From the NCBI GenBank assembly GCA_046290465.1, contig JBKAGP010000001.1:4736001-4800000 (forward strand): a stretch of DNA of 64,000 bases, in the 5' to 3' direction. Shown in pieces: positions 1-10,691 of the stretch (position 1 is the first letter of the stretch; every line of letters starts with the position of its first letter). The notes beneath the pieces were generated by a model that saw nothing but the letters and a program-made list of their open reading frames with translations, searched no databases and had not been told where the DNA came from. Source of the stretch: Planctomycetota bacterium. GTDB taxonomy: Bacteria > Planctomycetota > UBA1135 > UBA2386. Made by a program: the position numbers and the translations under genes.

Positions 1-237
1 ACCAGCTGCTTCCGCGTCTACCGCCGCAATGCGGTGCTGCACCTGCCGCTGAAGAACCCGGGCTTCCTCGGCACCGCCGAGCTGCTGGTGCGCGTGCTGC
101 GCCGCGGCGGGGTGGTCGCCGAGCACCCGTGCACGCTCGAGGCGCGCCTGCTCGGGTTCTCGAAGATGCGCGTGCTCAACGTCGTGCTCGACCACCTGCG
201 GCTGCTGCTGCTGGTGGCGCTGCGCGTCGTCAAGTGA
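1..237 (+). CDS. Glycosyltransferase family 2 (DPM1-like), C-terminal part, 5' truncated by window edge
   Basis: Frame open from base 1: TSCFRVYRRNAVLHLPLKNPGFLGTAELLVRVLRRGGVVAEHPCTLEARLLGFSKM resembles the C-terminal half of DPM1-like GT2 enzymes. Confidence 0.7.
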   Translation, partial: TSCFRVYRRNAVLHLPLKNPGFLGTAELLVRVLRRGGVVAEHPCTLEARLLGFSKMRVLNVVLDHLRLLLLVALRVVK

Positions 238-255
238 GCCCTGCGAGCGCGCCGA

Positions 256-1206
256 TCAGGAGAGCTCTGGCACCTGGCGCGGTCGCCGCGAAAGCTCGCC
301 GACGTAGCCCGGCCGCAGCAGCTGCCGCAGCGCCGCGGCGTAGAGGCCGGCCCGGCCGCCCTTGCCGGCGAGCGCCAGCAGCAGCCAGACCAGCAGCCGC
401 AGCGTGTGCCCGAGCACCAGGCAGGCGCGCACGTACTCGCTCCAGAACCTGCCGTGCCACTGCACGTGGTAGAGCAGCGTGCTCTCGCGGAACGCGACGA
501 ACGTGCGCTCCGCCGACTGCGCCGCGCTGAGGCCGCCGACGTGCACGAAGCTCGCGTCGGGCAGGTAGCGGATGGCGAAGCCGCCCTTGCGCACGCGGGC
601 GCAGAAGTCGGCCTCCTCGAAGTACATGAAGAACCGTTCGTCGAAGCCGCCGGTGCTCGCCAGCACGTCGCGCCGGATCAGGAACACGCAGCCGCTGACG
701 CAGTCGACGTCGCCGCGGTCGGTGCGCGGCGCTGGCTCGGCGAAGCGGCCGAGGAACAGCGCGTTGGGCAGGTAGTGGCGCGGCAGGTGGTGTCGCCACG
801 TGCTGCGCTGGGTGTTGCCATGCTCGTCGACGATGCGCGGGCCGAGCACGCCGGCGTCGGGCTCGTTCTCGGCGCTGGCGACGAACCGCTCGAGCTGTTC
901 CCAGTCGGCGTCGGCGTCGGTGTTGAGCAGCAGGATCCACCGGCCGCGCGCGACCTCGAGGCCGCGGTTGACGCCGTAGGCGAAGCCGCCGTTCTCCGGT
1001 TGCGGCATCACCACCGCGTCGGGAAACCGTTCGCGCGCGACGGCGACGCTGTCGTCGCTGCTCCGGTTGTCGACGACCAGCACCTCGAACGGCAGCCGGG
1101 GCGCGTCGAACAGCTGGCCGAGCACGCGCAGCAACAGGTCGCGCGTGTTCCAGTTGACGATGACGATCGACAGGGTGGGGGAGGTCTCGCTCATCGCCGC
1201 GGGCAT
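256..1206 (-). CDS. Glycosyltransferase family 2 (WbbL-like)
   Basis: LSIVIVNWNT, VVDNRSSD, NGGFAYGVNRG, LLLNTD, GGFDERFFMYFEEADFC motifs. Confidence 0.9.
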   Translation of the reverse strand: MPAAMSETSPTLSIVIVNWNTRDLLLRVLGQLFDAPRLPFEVLVVDNRSSDDSVAVARERFPDAVVMPQPENGGFAYGVNRGLEVARGRWILLLNTDADADWEQLERFVASAENEPDAGVLGPRIVDEHGNTQRSTWRHHLPRHYLPNALFLGRFAEPAPRTDRGDVDCVSGCVFLIRRDVLASTGGFDERFFMYFEEADFCARVRKGGFAIRYLPDASFVHVGGLSAAQSAERTFVAFRESTLLYHVQWHGRFWSEYVRACLVLGHTLRLLVWLLLALAGKGGRAGLYAAALRQLLRPGYVGELSRRPRQVPELS

Positions 1207-1323
1207 GATGCAAGCGGGCCGCCGCGTTGTCCAATCGATGGCATCGGCCCGTGGGCGTCATCGGCCGTCGCGGCGTGCGGGCATGAGGTAGCCTTCTGCC
1301 GCGGGAGCGCCCGCGAGGGGAAC

Positions 1324-2280
1324 ATGCGAACGACTCTGCTGCAATCGTGTCTGCCGGTTCTGTGTCTGCTGTGCGTGCAGGCGGCGGCGCAGGTGACGCC
1401 CAGCGCGGTGCTGGTCGGCGCGCAGGCGGTGGCCGGTGCGACCGTCGCGCCGGTGCCGCCGTCCCAGACGCCGATCTGGCCCGGTCTGTCGCGCGTCGCG
1501 GCCGGCGCGGCCGGCGCCTCGTCCTTCCTCGTCGAGCACCACGCCGACGACCTCGGCATCGAGCTCGAGTGGCAGCTGGCGACGCAGGCGTGGCAGACCG
1601 GCACGACGGTGTCGCGCGTCGAGGTGCGCTACGTGTTCTCGTCGCCGGTGACGCAGTTGGGCGACCTGTCGATCGAATGGGCGCCGCAGCAGACCGGCAC
1701 CGGCAACTCGGTGCTGTCGGTCGACGTGTTCGACGACGGCTACGTCGATGCCAACGGCGCCTATACGACGCCGGTCGCGTTCCACACGTTCCCGCTGGTG
1801 TTGCGCGTGGTCGCCGAGGTGCGCGCCGACGCCGGCACGATCCAGGGGCCGTGGGGCAGCTCGTGGAGTTGGAGCGGTGGCGCGGTCGCCAGCCTGCGCA
1901 TCCGCTTCACGCCGACGCACGCCAGCGCCGCGGTCGTCTCGCCGTCGACCTGCTTGCACGCGCCGGTGCTGACCGCGCGGCCGGACCTCGACGGTGGCGT
2001 GCGCCTCGACGCGCAGGCGCCGCTCGGGGACGACCTGCTGGTGTTCGCGCTCGGGTTCGCACCGAGCAACCTGCCGCTGCCGTGGTCGGCGGGCTGCACG
2101 CTGCTGGTGGATCCGGTGGTGACGTCGACCAGCGCGTTGCTCGGCGGGCCCTCGGCGTCGCTGTCGGTGCCGGTGCCGCCGGCGTTCCGGCCGGCGGCCT
2201 TCCTCACGCAGGCGGTGTCGCTGGATGCGCAGCCGCTGCGCCTGACGGCCGGCGACGTCGTGCAGGTCGACGTGCGCTGA
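1324..2280 (+). CDS. Secreted hypothetical protein with a C-terminal beta-rich domain shared with other proteins in the window
   Basis: ATG at 1324, signal peptide MRTTLLQSCLPVLCLLCVQAAAQ; C-terminus ...GCTLLVDP...VPVPP...FLTQAVSLD. Confidence 0.7.
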   Translation: MRTTLLQSCLPVLCLLCVQAAAQVTPSAVLVGAQAVAGATVAPVPPSQTPIWPGLSRVAAGAAGASSFLVEHHADDLGIELEWQLATQAWQTGTTVSRVEVRYVFSSPVTQLGDLSIEWAPQQTGTGNSVLSVDVFDDGYVDANGAYTTPVAFHTFPLVLRVVAEVRADAGTIQGPWGSSWSWSGGAVASLRIRFTPTHASAAVVSPSTCLHAPVLTARPDLDGGVRLDAQAPLGDDLLVFALGFAPSNLPLPWSAGCTLLVDPVVTSTSALLGGPSASLSVPVPPAFRPAAFLTQAVSLDAQPLRLTAGDVVQVDVR

Positions 2281-2308
2281 CCAGGACGCCGACCGCGAAG
2301 CCCGCGAC

Positions 2309-2581
2309 GTGCGCGAGCTGGAGCAGTGCCTGCGCAACTTCGTGCTGCGGCGCCGCTACACGCCGCGAGCGCGGCGGCGCGGCCGTGACGAACTGCCCGA
2401 GGCGGTGGCGCGTGGCGACCTGACCGCGGCCGAGCTGCTGCGCCGCTACGTCAGCCAGGTGTTCGTCGCCGAGGGCTGCAACCTCGAGGCGGCGGCGCGC
2501 CGTCTGGAGCTCGACCGGCGCACGGTCCGGCGGCACGTCGATCCGGATCTGCTGCAGCGGTCGCGCAGCGAGCGGGGCTGA
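2309..2581 (+). pseudogene. Orphan C-terminal remnant of a sigma54-dependent activator (AAA lid + Fis-type HTH)
   Basis: VRELEQCLRN (cf. GNVRELE) and NLEAAARRLELDRRTVRR HTH; no AAA+ core upstream, the preceding gene ends at 2280. Confidence 0.6.
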
Positions 2582-2644
2582 ACCCCACCTCGCGCTGGGC
2601 TTCCGGGCCGCGACGGCTATCTTGTTCGCCCTGGAATCCGCCCG

Positions 2645-4255
<1,611 letters not shown>

Positions 4256-4257
4256 CC

Positions 4258-4728
4258 ATGCGAGAGATCACCGACGACCTGACCGACGCCGGCCGCGAGG
4301 TCCTGCAGAACATCGCCGAGCACAAGGTGCACGTCATGCACGTGACCAGCGACGACGGCGTGCCGAAGTTCGCCTACACCGTCGGCCTGTGGCACCACTT
4401 CCAGCAGCCGGAGGTGATCGTGTTCGGGCTCGACGTCGAAGCGGCCGACGGCCTGCTGCACGACGTCGCCGACCGCTGCATCGAGGGGGCGAGGTTCGCG
4501 CACGGCGAGAAGCACGACGGCCTGCTGGTCGGCTTCGCGGTGCGCTTCCTCGAGGTCGCGCGCGACGCCGCCAGCGAACACCTCGGCGCCGCCGCCTGGG
4601 CCTACCAGGACGAGCCGTTCGCTTGCGTGCAGCTGGTCTGGCCCGACAAGGAGAAGCGCTGGCCGTGGCAGGAAGGCGTGCGTCAGGGCTTCCGCGACGT
4701 GCAGCCGCTGCTCGGCCCGCACGAGTGA
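4258..4728 (+). CDS. DUF4262 domain protein
   Basis: FAYTVGLWHHFQQPEVIVFGL and QLVWPDKEKRWPW motifs; ATG 2 nt after the upstream stop. Confidence 0.8.
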   Translation: MREITDDLTDAGREVLQNIAEHKVHVMHVTSDDGVPKFAYTVGLWHHFQQPEVIVFGLDVEAADGLLHDVADRCIEGARFAHGEKHDGLLVGFAVRFLEVARDAASEHLGAAAWAYQDEPFACVQLVWPDKEKRWPWQEGVRQGFRDVQPLLGPHE

Positions 4729-4919
4729 GCGCCGCGCCCGACAAGCGCTCGGCGCGCAGCATTGGCAGCGCCTACTTCCTCGGCGTGGTGTTCGTCGGCT
4801 TCCTCATCCTGCTGTGGATGCGTGGCCTGGGCCGGCTGATGATCCCGCTGCTGCTGATCGGCGCCGTCTGCTACGCCCTCTACCGCTTCGTCAAGCTGAT
4901 CCGAGCCCCCGTCGATTGA
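4725..4919 (+). CDS. Small two-TM membrane protein
   Basis: GTG overlapping the upstream stop (GTGA); two hydrophobic stretches; GC3-biased codons. Confidence 0.6.
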   Translation: MSAAPDKRSARSIGSAYFLGVVFVGFLILLWMRGLGRLMIPLLLIGAVCYALYRFVKLIRAPVD

Positions 4920-4920
4920 A

Positions 4921-5010
4921 AGTAGCGGTACGGTACGCGGTTCATCCTGCAACGTTCGCGGCGACGCCGCCGCGAACGTTGCAGGATGAACCGCGTACCG
5001 TACCGCTACT
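4921..5010. repeat. Perfect 43-bp inverted repeat with 4-nt loop; REP/REPIN-like family member
   Basis: AGTAGCGGTACGGTACGCGGTTCATCCTGCAACGTTCGCGGCG-acgc-exact reverse complement; core shared with elements at 34645 and 57000. Confidence 0.9.
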
Positions 5011-5062
5011 CTCACACGCGCGCTATCGACCCATGCCAAGGCCGGCTGGCTAGACTGTTGGC

Positions 5063-6190
5063 ATGAAGTCCCTGCTTGCGATCGCGTTCTTCGGAGTCGC
5101 CATGGCACCGTGCCTGTGGGACCGGGACACGCTGGCGACCGAGCTGCGCGGGTTGCCGAAGGCGCTCGACGTCGTGATCGGCAAGTGGCATCGCCACAGC
5201 GAGGCCTACTACCGCGAGCGCATCGAGCGACTGGCCGGCAAGGAACCGCTGACGCTGGCCGAGTGCGACGACCTCGCGGTCGCCTACGAGCGCGTGCACG
5301 ACCGCAAGAAGGCGATCGCGGTGATGGCGAAGAAGGCCGAGCTGCTCGCGGCGACGCCGGACGGCGAACACCAGTACCGCTACCACGCCAACCTCGGCAC
5401 GTTCTACGCGCACACGGGCCGCTTCGACGAGGCGCTGGTCGAGCTGCGCAAGGCGGTCGCGATCAACCCGGACGCGCACTTCGGTCGCGAGATCTTCCAG
5501 ATCGAGCTGATCGAATACATCGCGGCCTGCAAGCAGGACCCGGAGCTGTGGCAGCGCTTCAGCTTCATGCGCCACGCCGGCTACCGGATCGACGCGCACG
5601 TCGGCTCCGGCGGGCTGGTGTACTACCCCGACAACTCGCGCGACTGGGGCAAGGACTGGCGGGGCACGCGCAAGCTCGACCTCGACAAGGCCTGGCAGGG
5701 CATCGTCGGCATGCTGCGCTTCGGCGGGCTCGAAGGTCCCGAGCTCTACCGTTCGCTGGCCGAGTGGTTCCTCGCCAAGGAGCACCTCAACCTCGCGTGG
5801 TGGGCGCTCGAGCGTGCGATCGAACGCGGTCACCCGGCGGCGGACCAGCTGCGCAAGGGACAGAAGGGCATCGAGGCGCACTGGCAGGAGGCCGGCGGCA
5901 GCGCGCCGAAGGCACCGTCGCGCGCCGAGATCGACGCGCGCTGCGCGTGGGCCGATGCCTGGGTTGCGGCGTTCCAGCGGGCCGAGGCGGCCGCGATCGC
6001 GCGTGGTGAGGACGTGCGCAGCGATGCGGCGTTGCAGAAGCTGCTGGCGATCGCGGACGAGGCGCGTCCGGGCGAGGGCGACGATCGGGGCGACGGGGTC
6101 GCCTGGCGTCCGGTGGTGCTCTGGTCCGTCGTCGCCGGTGCTGGTCTACTGGCGGCGATCCTGCTGCTGCAGCGCGCCCGCACGCGATGA
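5063..6190 (+). CDS. Exported TPR-like repeat protein with C-terminal TM anchor
   Basis: Signal peptide, CLWDRDTL, TPR-like YHANLGTFYAHTGRFDEALVELRKAVAINPDAH, hydrophobic C-terminal segment followed by basic residues. Confidence 0.7.
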   Translation: MKSLLAIAFFGVAMAPCLWDRDTLATELRGLPKALDVVIGKWHRHSEAYYRERIERLAGKEPLTLAECDDLAVAYERVHDRKKAIAVMAKKAELLAATPDGEHQYRYHANLGTFYAHTGRFDEALVELRKAVAINPDAHFGREIFQIELIEYIAACKQDPELWQRFSFMRHAGYRIDAHVGSGGLVYYPDNSRDWGKDWRGTRKLDLDKAWQGIVGMLRFGGLEGPELYRSLAEWFLAKEHLNLAWWALERAIERGHPAADQLRKGQKGIEAHWQEAGGSAPKAPSRAEIDARCAWADAWVAAFQRAEAAAIARGEDVRSDAALQKLLAIADEARPGEGDDRGDGVAWRPVVLWSVVAGAGLLAAILLLQRARTR

Positions 6191-6645
6191 CCGAAGAACG
6201 CTACCCCCGCGACCTGCCGCCGTTCTGGTTCTTGATCGGCGTCGGCGCGATGTTCGCGCTGCACCACCTCGTGCCGATCGCGGTGGTGCTGCCGACGCCG
6301 TGGAACAAGCTCGGCTGGGCGCTGATCACGGTCGGCGGGGTGATCGCCCTGCCGAGCCTGCTCGGCTTCCGACGGGCCGGCACGTCGATCAAGCCGTTCC
6401 GGCCGGTGCGCGCGCTGGTCGCCGAGGGCCCGTATCGCTTCACGCGCAATCCGATGTACCTGGCGCTGGTCGTGATGGCGTTCGGCGTCGCGCTGCGGCT
6501 CGGCACGCTTTCCCCGCTGATCGTGCCCCCGGCATTGTTCCTGATCCTCGACCGGCGCTTCGTCCGCCGCGAAGAACGATTCCTACGTGCCAATCTGGGA
6601 ACGGCTTACGACGACTACTGCGGGCGCGTGCGGCGCTGGTTGTGA
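6187..6645 (+). CDS. Isoprenylcysteine carboxyl methyltransferase / PEMT family membrane protein
   Basis: LVAEGPYRFTRNPMYL, EERFLRANLGTAYDDYCGRVRRWL. Confidence 0.9.
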   Translation: MTEERYPRDLPPFWFLIGVGAMFALHHLVPIAVVLPTPWNKLGWALITVGGVIALPSLLGFRRAGTSIKPFRPVRALVAEGPYRFTRNPMYLALVVMAFGVALRLGTLSPLIVPPALFLILDRRFVRREERFLRANLGTAYDDYCGRVRRWL

Positions 6646-6742
6646 CGCGACGGCGGATTGCCCCCTGACAGCCTCGGCCGAGCCGGGTCCAATGGCCGTT
6701 CGCCTTGCCCTTTGGCGACGCTTCTACAGGAGACCCCTCGCA

Positions 6743-7903
6743 ATGATGAAGCTCTCGTCCTCAACGACGCTCTTCGCAGCCGGCCTGTTGCTCGCCGGCT
6801 CGCTCTCCGCGCAGCGACCGCCGCTGCCAGGCATCCCGATCGTGTCGCCGCCGGTGCCGCACCCGGCGCTCGCCGGACAGCCGCTGATCGGCAACGACAA
6901 CGCCGAGACGGCGACCAGGCGCCCCGGCGTGCGGGTCAAGACCGACCACAAGCCGATGAAGCCGGATCCGGCGACGCGCGGCGTCAAGATCCAGGGCAAG
7001 GACCTCAAGAAGGCGGTCAAGAAGGTCGCCGAGCTGCCGTGGCTCAAGCTCGACAAGGCCAAGGCCGTGTCGAAGAAGACCGGTCGCCCGATCCTGCTGC
7101 TGCAGACGCTCGGCGACATCGACGGCTTTGCTTGAAGCGCTCTCCAGAGCCTGCGGGGCGTGACCCTGCCGAACGACGACATCATCCAGTTCCTCGACGG
7201 CCGCTTCGTGCTGTGCCACCGGAACATCGAGAAGGAAGAGCACGTGGGCATGTCCCACGGCTACAAGAGCAACCAGTCCGCGGTCGGCACGACCAACGGC
7301 GCCGGACCGCGCAACGTGCAGTTCATGGTGCTGGCGGACGACGAGACGGTGCTGCACGCGATGCCGGGGTTCTGGCACGCACAGGACCTGATCAAGGAGC
7401 TGACGCTCGGCCTCGAGATCCAGCGCCTCTACCAGGACGAGCGCCTCGAGGGCGATCGCAAGCAGCAGATGTTCTCGATGCTGCACAAGTCGTTCCTGCG
7501 CCGTCACGGCAAGGACATGGAGCGCCGTAGCCAGTGGCAGGGCTTCGACCGCTGGCACGAGATCCACCGCGTGCAGACCGAGGAGCGCGACACCTTCGTC
7601 AAGAACGGCAAGGGTGAGTACGAGATCAAGACCGTGCCGGAGGTCATCCACGACCGCATGGTGGCGCGGCCGTTCCAGAAGCTGGACGACTTCGATCTCG
7701 AGGCGTTCGTCGACTACGGCCGCCCGTTCTACGACAACAACCACGGCGACCGCGGCAAGCCGTTCAGCAAGGCCGAGCGGGCCAACCGCAAGCGCGAGCA
7801 GGCGCTCGCCGAGGAGCGCCAGGAGCTGGCCCGGCAGCGCGCCAAGGAAGAGCGCGAGCGCAAGCGCCAGGAGCGCAAGAACCGGCGCAAGCAGTCCAAG
7901 TAG
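6743..7903 (+). CDS. Putative secreted selenoprotein (thioredoxin-like fold, SelN-like), UGA at 7133-7135 read as Sec
   Basis: Track ORFs 6587..7135 and 7160..7903 are in the same frame separated by one TGA; reads LGDIDGFA-U-SALQSLRGVTLPNDDIIQFLDGRFVL; AGGAG upstream of ATG 6743; signal peptide; hairpin downstream of UGA. Confidence 0.78.
7153..7169 (+). promoter_or_regulatory. Candidate bacterial SECIS hairpin
   Basis: GCGGGG-CGTGA-CCCTGC stem-loop, apical loop begins 23 nt after the UGA with G then U near its start. Confidence 0.55.
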
Positions 7904-7925
7904 CGTCGAATCCCGCCGGCGCGAG

Positions 7926-7963
7926 AACGGTCCTGCCCCGCGAGGGTCAGGACCGTTTTTGTT
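7926..7963 (+). terminator. Rho-independent terminator
   Basis: AACGGTCCTG-cccc-gcga-gggt-CAGGACCGTT followed by a T run, just after the stop at 7903. Confidence 0.8.
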
Positions 7964-7994
7964 GGCGGCGGGCGCTCCGCGTAGGCTGTGGGGG

Positions 7995-8777
7995 ATGAGC
8001 TACGAGACCCTCGAGATCGCGATGGACGGCCCGGTGCGGCACGTCCGCCTCAACCGCCCCGACGTGCGCAACGCCTTCAACGGGGTCGTCGTCGACGAGC
8101 TGACCAGGGCGTTCGCCGAGGCCGACGCCGACGATGCGACGCGCGTCGTGGTGCTGAGCGGCAACGGCAAGAGCTTCTCGGCCGGCGCCGACCTTGCGTG
8201 GATGAAGGAGCAGGCCGGCCTGCCGCACGCCGAGAACCAGAGCAGCGCCGACTACATGGCGCGCATGTTCCTGGCGATCGCGCGCTGCAAGAAGCCGGTG
8301 GTCGGCCGCATCCACGGCCACGCGCTCGGCGGTGGTTCGGGTCTGACCGCTGCGGTCGATCTCGCGGTCTGCACCGAGGATTGCCTGTTCGGGCTGACCG
8401 AGGTCAAGCTCGGCATCGTGCCGGCGGTGATCTCGCCGTTCGTGCTGCAGAAGATCGGCGCCGGGCGCGCGCGCACGCTGTTCTTGACCGGCGAGCGCTT
8501 CGACGGTCGCGAGGCGCAGCGCATCGGCCTGGTGCACCGCGCGGTGCCCGAGGCCGAACTCGATGCGGCGGTGCAGCGCTCGGTCGACGAACTGCTGTCG
8601 GCCGGTCCGGCGGCGGTCGCCAGCGCCAAGGAGCTGATCCGCAGCGTCGCGCACCTGTCGCTCGAGGACGCGATCCCGGTCACCTCCAAGTGGATCGCCG
8701 ACCTGCGCGCGACCGACGAGGCCAAGGAGGGCTTCACCGCGTTCCTCGACAAGCGCAAGCCTGGCTGGATGAACTGA
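7995..8777 (+). CDS. Enoyl-CoA hydratase/isomerase, probably methylglutaconyl-CoA hydratase (LiuC-like)
   Basis: LNRPDVRNAFN, FSAGADLAWM, GHALGGGSGL, FGLTEVKLGIVPAVISPFV, EGFTAFLDKRKP; liuB nearby. Confidence 0.85.
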   Translation: MSYETLEIAMDGPVRHVRLNRPDVRNAFNGVVVDELTRAFAEADADDATRVVVLSGNGKSFSAGADLAWMKEQAGLPHAENQSSADYMARMFLAIARCKKPVVGRIHGHALGGGSGLTAAVDLAVCTEDCLFGLTEVKLGIVPAVISPFVLQKIGAGRARTLFLTGERFDGREAQRIGLVHRAVPEAELDAAVQRSVDELLSAGPAAVASAKELIRSVAHLSLEDAIPVTSKWIADLRATDEAKEGFTAFLDKRKPGWMN

Positions 8778-10691
8778 TCAGCCGCGATAGCGCGCCCGTT
8801 CGTGTTCGATCGCGGCCGCCCGGATCGCATCGAGCCGCTGCGGATCGAGCTGCGCGGCGGTCGCGCGGGCCAGCAGTTCGCGCGGGGTCTCGCCCGGCCG
8901 CAGCGCGAGCCGGGCGCCGGCGACGGCCCGTTCGAACGCGACGATCGCCCGAGGCCGTGTCGCGCGCCGCCGCCGCCGCAGCCACCAGCCGCCGCCGATC
9001 GCGACCAGCACCAGGCCGCAGGTCCACGGCCGCCGCAGCGGCAGCGTGCAGGCGGCGTCCAGCCAGCGCGCGCGCGCCTCGTCGTCGAAGCCGGTGACCT
9101 CGGCCCACACCGACTCGAGCCAGCGCGACGTCTCGCTCCAGAAGCCACCGTCGTCGTCGCGGCGGCGCCGCACGTCGGCGGGCGGCGTCGCGTCGAACGT
9201 GTGCCACGAGCCGTCCGGGGCCAGCACCTCGACCCACGCGTGCGCGTCGCGCGACCGCGCGATCATCGCGTCGCCCTGCTCACTGCGTTCGTGCACCAGG
9301 TAGCCTCCGACCAGGCGGCACGGCACGTCCTGCGAGCGCAGCAGCAGGGCCAGCGCGGTGGCGAAGTACTCGCAGTGGCCCGCGGCGCTGCCGAGCAGGA
9401 ACTCACCGAGGTTGCCGGCGAAGCCGGGGCCACCGGGCAGTTCGTAGCGTCGGTTCTCCTGCAGCCAGGCGGCGGCCGCCCGCGCGAACGTCAGGGCGTC
9501 GGCATCGGGTGCCTGCTGGCGCAGGCGCGCGGCGAGGTCGCGCGCGAGCCTCGGCATGCCGTCGCTCGGCAGCGCCGTGAAGTGCCGCCGGGTGCGCGCA
9601 TCGATGCGCGGTGCGGCCTTCGGCTGGGCGAGGCCGACCGTGTAGGTCAGCGGTCCGGCCGGCGCGCCGTCGACCTGCACCACCGCGAAGCCCGCGAACG
9701 ACTTGGGGTCGAGGATCGCGCCGGCCATGCCCTGCGGCGTCACCTGCACCGCGACGAGCGGGGTGGCCAGCCGTTCGGAGGCCTTGTCGTACTGCTTGAC
9801 GGTCAGCGTCGTGTGCACGTCGCCGCGGCTCGGCCGCCACCACGAGCCGTCGCGGTGCCGGTCCCACGGCGAGTCGCTGGCGAACCGCGAGCCGAGCCTG
9901 CCGGCCTCCTGCGGATACCAGGTGCGCCCGTCGAACTCCGAGAACGCGATCGCGCGCCAGTGCGTCGGCACCGCGCCGAGCAGGTGTTGCGGCGCCTCGA
10001 TGCGCAGCGCGATCTCCTCGCCGAGGTGGGCCGCGGTCTCGTTGTCGAGGTCGATGCGCTCGGTCATGCCGGACTGCAGCTGCTGGCCGAACGCGAGATG
10101 GTCCTCGAGCCAGCCGGCCCGCTGGAAGTCGCGCGGCCACAGCACGAACACGGCGCCGGTCAGCGCCGCGATCGCGACCGTGCGCGGCGCGCTGTCGCGC
10201 AGCACCGCCCGCATCGTCGCCGCGTCGACGGCGCGGCTGCGCGCGGTCAGCACGTAGACCTGCAGCGCCGGCACGAACACCAGCGTGTGGCCGGCGAACA
10301 GCAGCGACCACCAGACGTCCGGCGCGAAGAAGCTGGTGACGAACGCGATCAGGAACGAGTTGAAGAACGTCAGGTCGGGCCGCTGTCGGTCGCCGATGTT
10401 GTTGAGCAGGTGCACCTGGCACAGCACCGCCAGCACCAGCCCGTCCTCGAGCATGTGCAGCAGGCCGGTGGTGGTCGCGTGGTGGACCAGCAGCGCGAAC
10501 ACGATCAACACGCCGACGTTCCAGCCGGCGCGGTAGGTCGCCAGGCGCTGCAGGCGCCGCAGCCGCGGCGACGCCAGCGCCAGCGCCCACAGCGGCAGCA
10601 GCAGCGTGGCGGAGACCGCGCCGGTCGCGTGCACGAAGCCGAGGTCGAACAGCGTCAACAGCAGCAGCAGCGGATGCAGGCGGTCGCTCAC
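8778..10691 (-). CDS. Transglutaminase-like membrane protein (TgpA/DUF3488 type)
   Basis: N-terminal TM helices; GHCEYFATALALLLR, HAWVEV, WHTFDATP catalytic motifs; GTG overlaps the DUF58 stop. Confidence 0.88.
   Translation of the reverse strand: MSDRLHPLLLLLTLFDLGFVHATGAVSATLLLPLWALALASPRLRRLQRLATYRAGWNVGVLIVFALLVHHATTTGLLHMLEDGLVLAVLCQVHLLNNIGDRQRPDLTFFNSFLIAFVTSFFAPDVWWSLLFAGHTLVFVPALQVYVLTARSRAVDAATMRAVLRDSAPRTVAIAALTGAVFVLWPRDFQRAGWLEDHLAFGQQLQSGMTERIDLDNETAAHLGEEIALRIEAPQHLLGAVPTHWRAIAFSEFDGRTWYPQEAGRLGSRFASDSPWDRHRDGSWWRPSRGDVHTTLTVKQYDKASERLATPLVAVQVTPQGMAGAILDPKSFAGFAVVQVDGAPAGPLTYTVGLAQPKAAPRIDARTRRHFTALPSDGMPRLARDLAARLRQQAPDADALTFARAAAAWLQENRRYELPGGPGFAGNLGEFLLGSAAGHCEYFATALALLLRSQDVPCRLVGGYLVHERSEQGDAMIARSRDAHAWVEVLAPDGSWHTFDATPPADVRRRRDDDGGFWSETSRWLESVWAEVTGFDDEARARWLDAACTLPLRRPWTCGLVLVAIGGGWWLRRRRRATRPRAIVAFERAVAGARLALRPGETPRELLARATAAQLDPQRLDAIRAAAIEHERARYRG

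Noticed and set aside
4921..5010. Long palindromes as IS terminal inverted repeats or ordinary terminators
   Set aside because: No transposase between the arms, no target-site duplication seen and no poly-T tail; treated as REP-like instead
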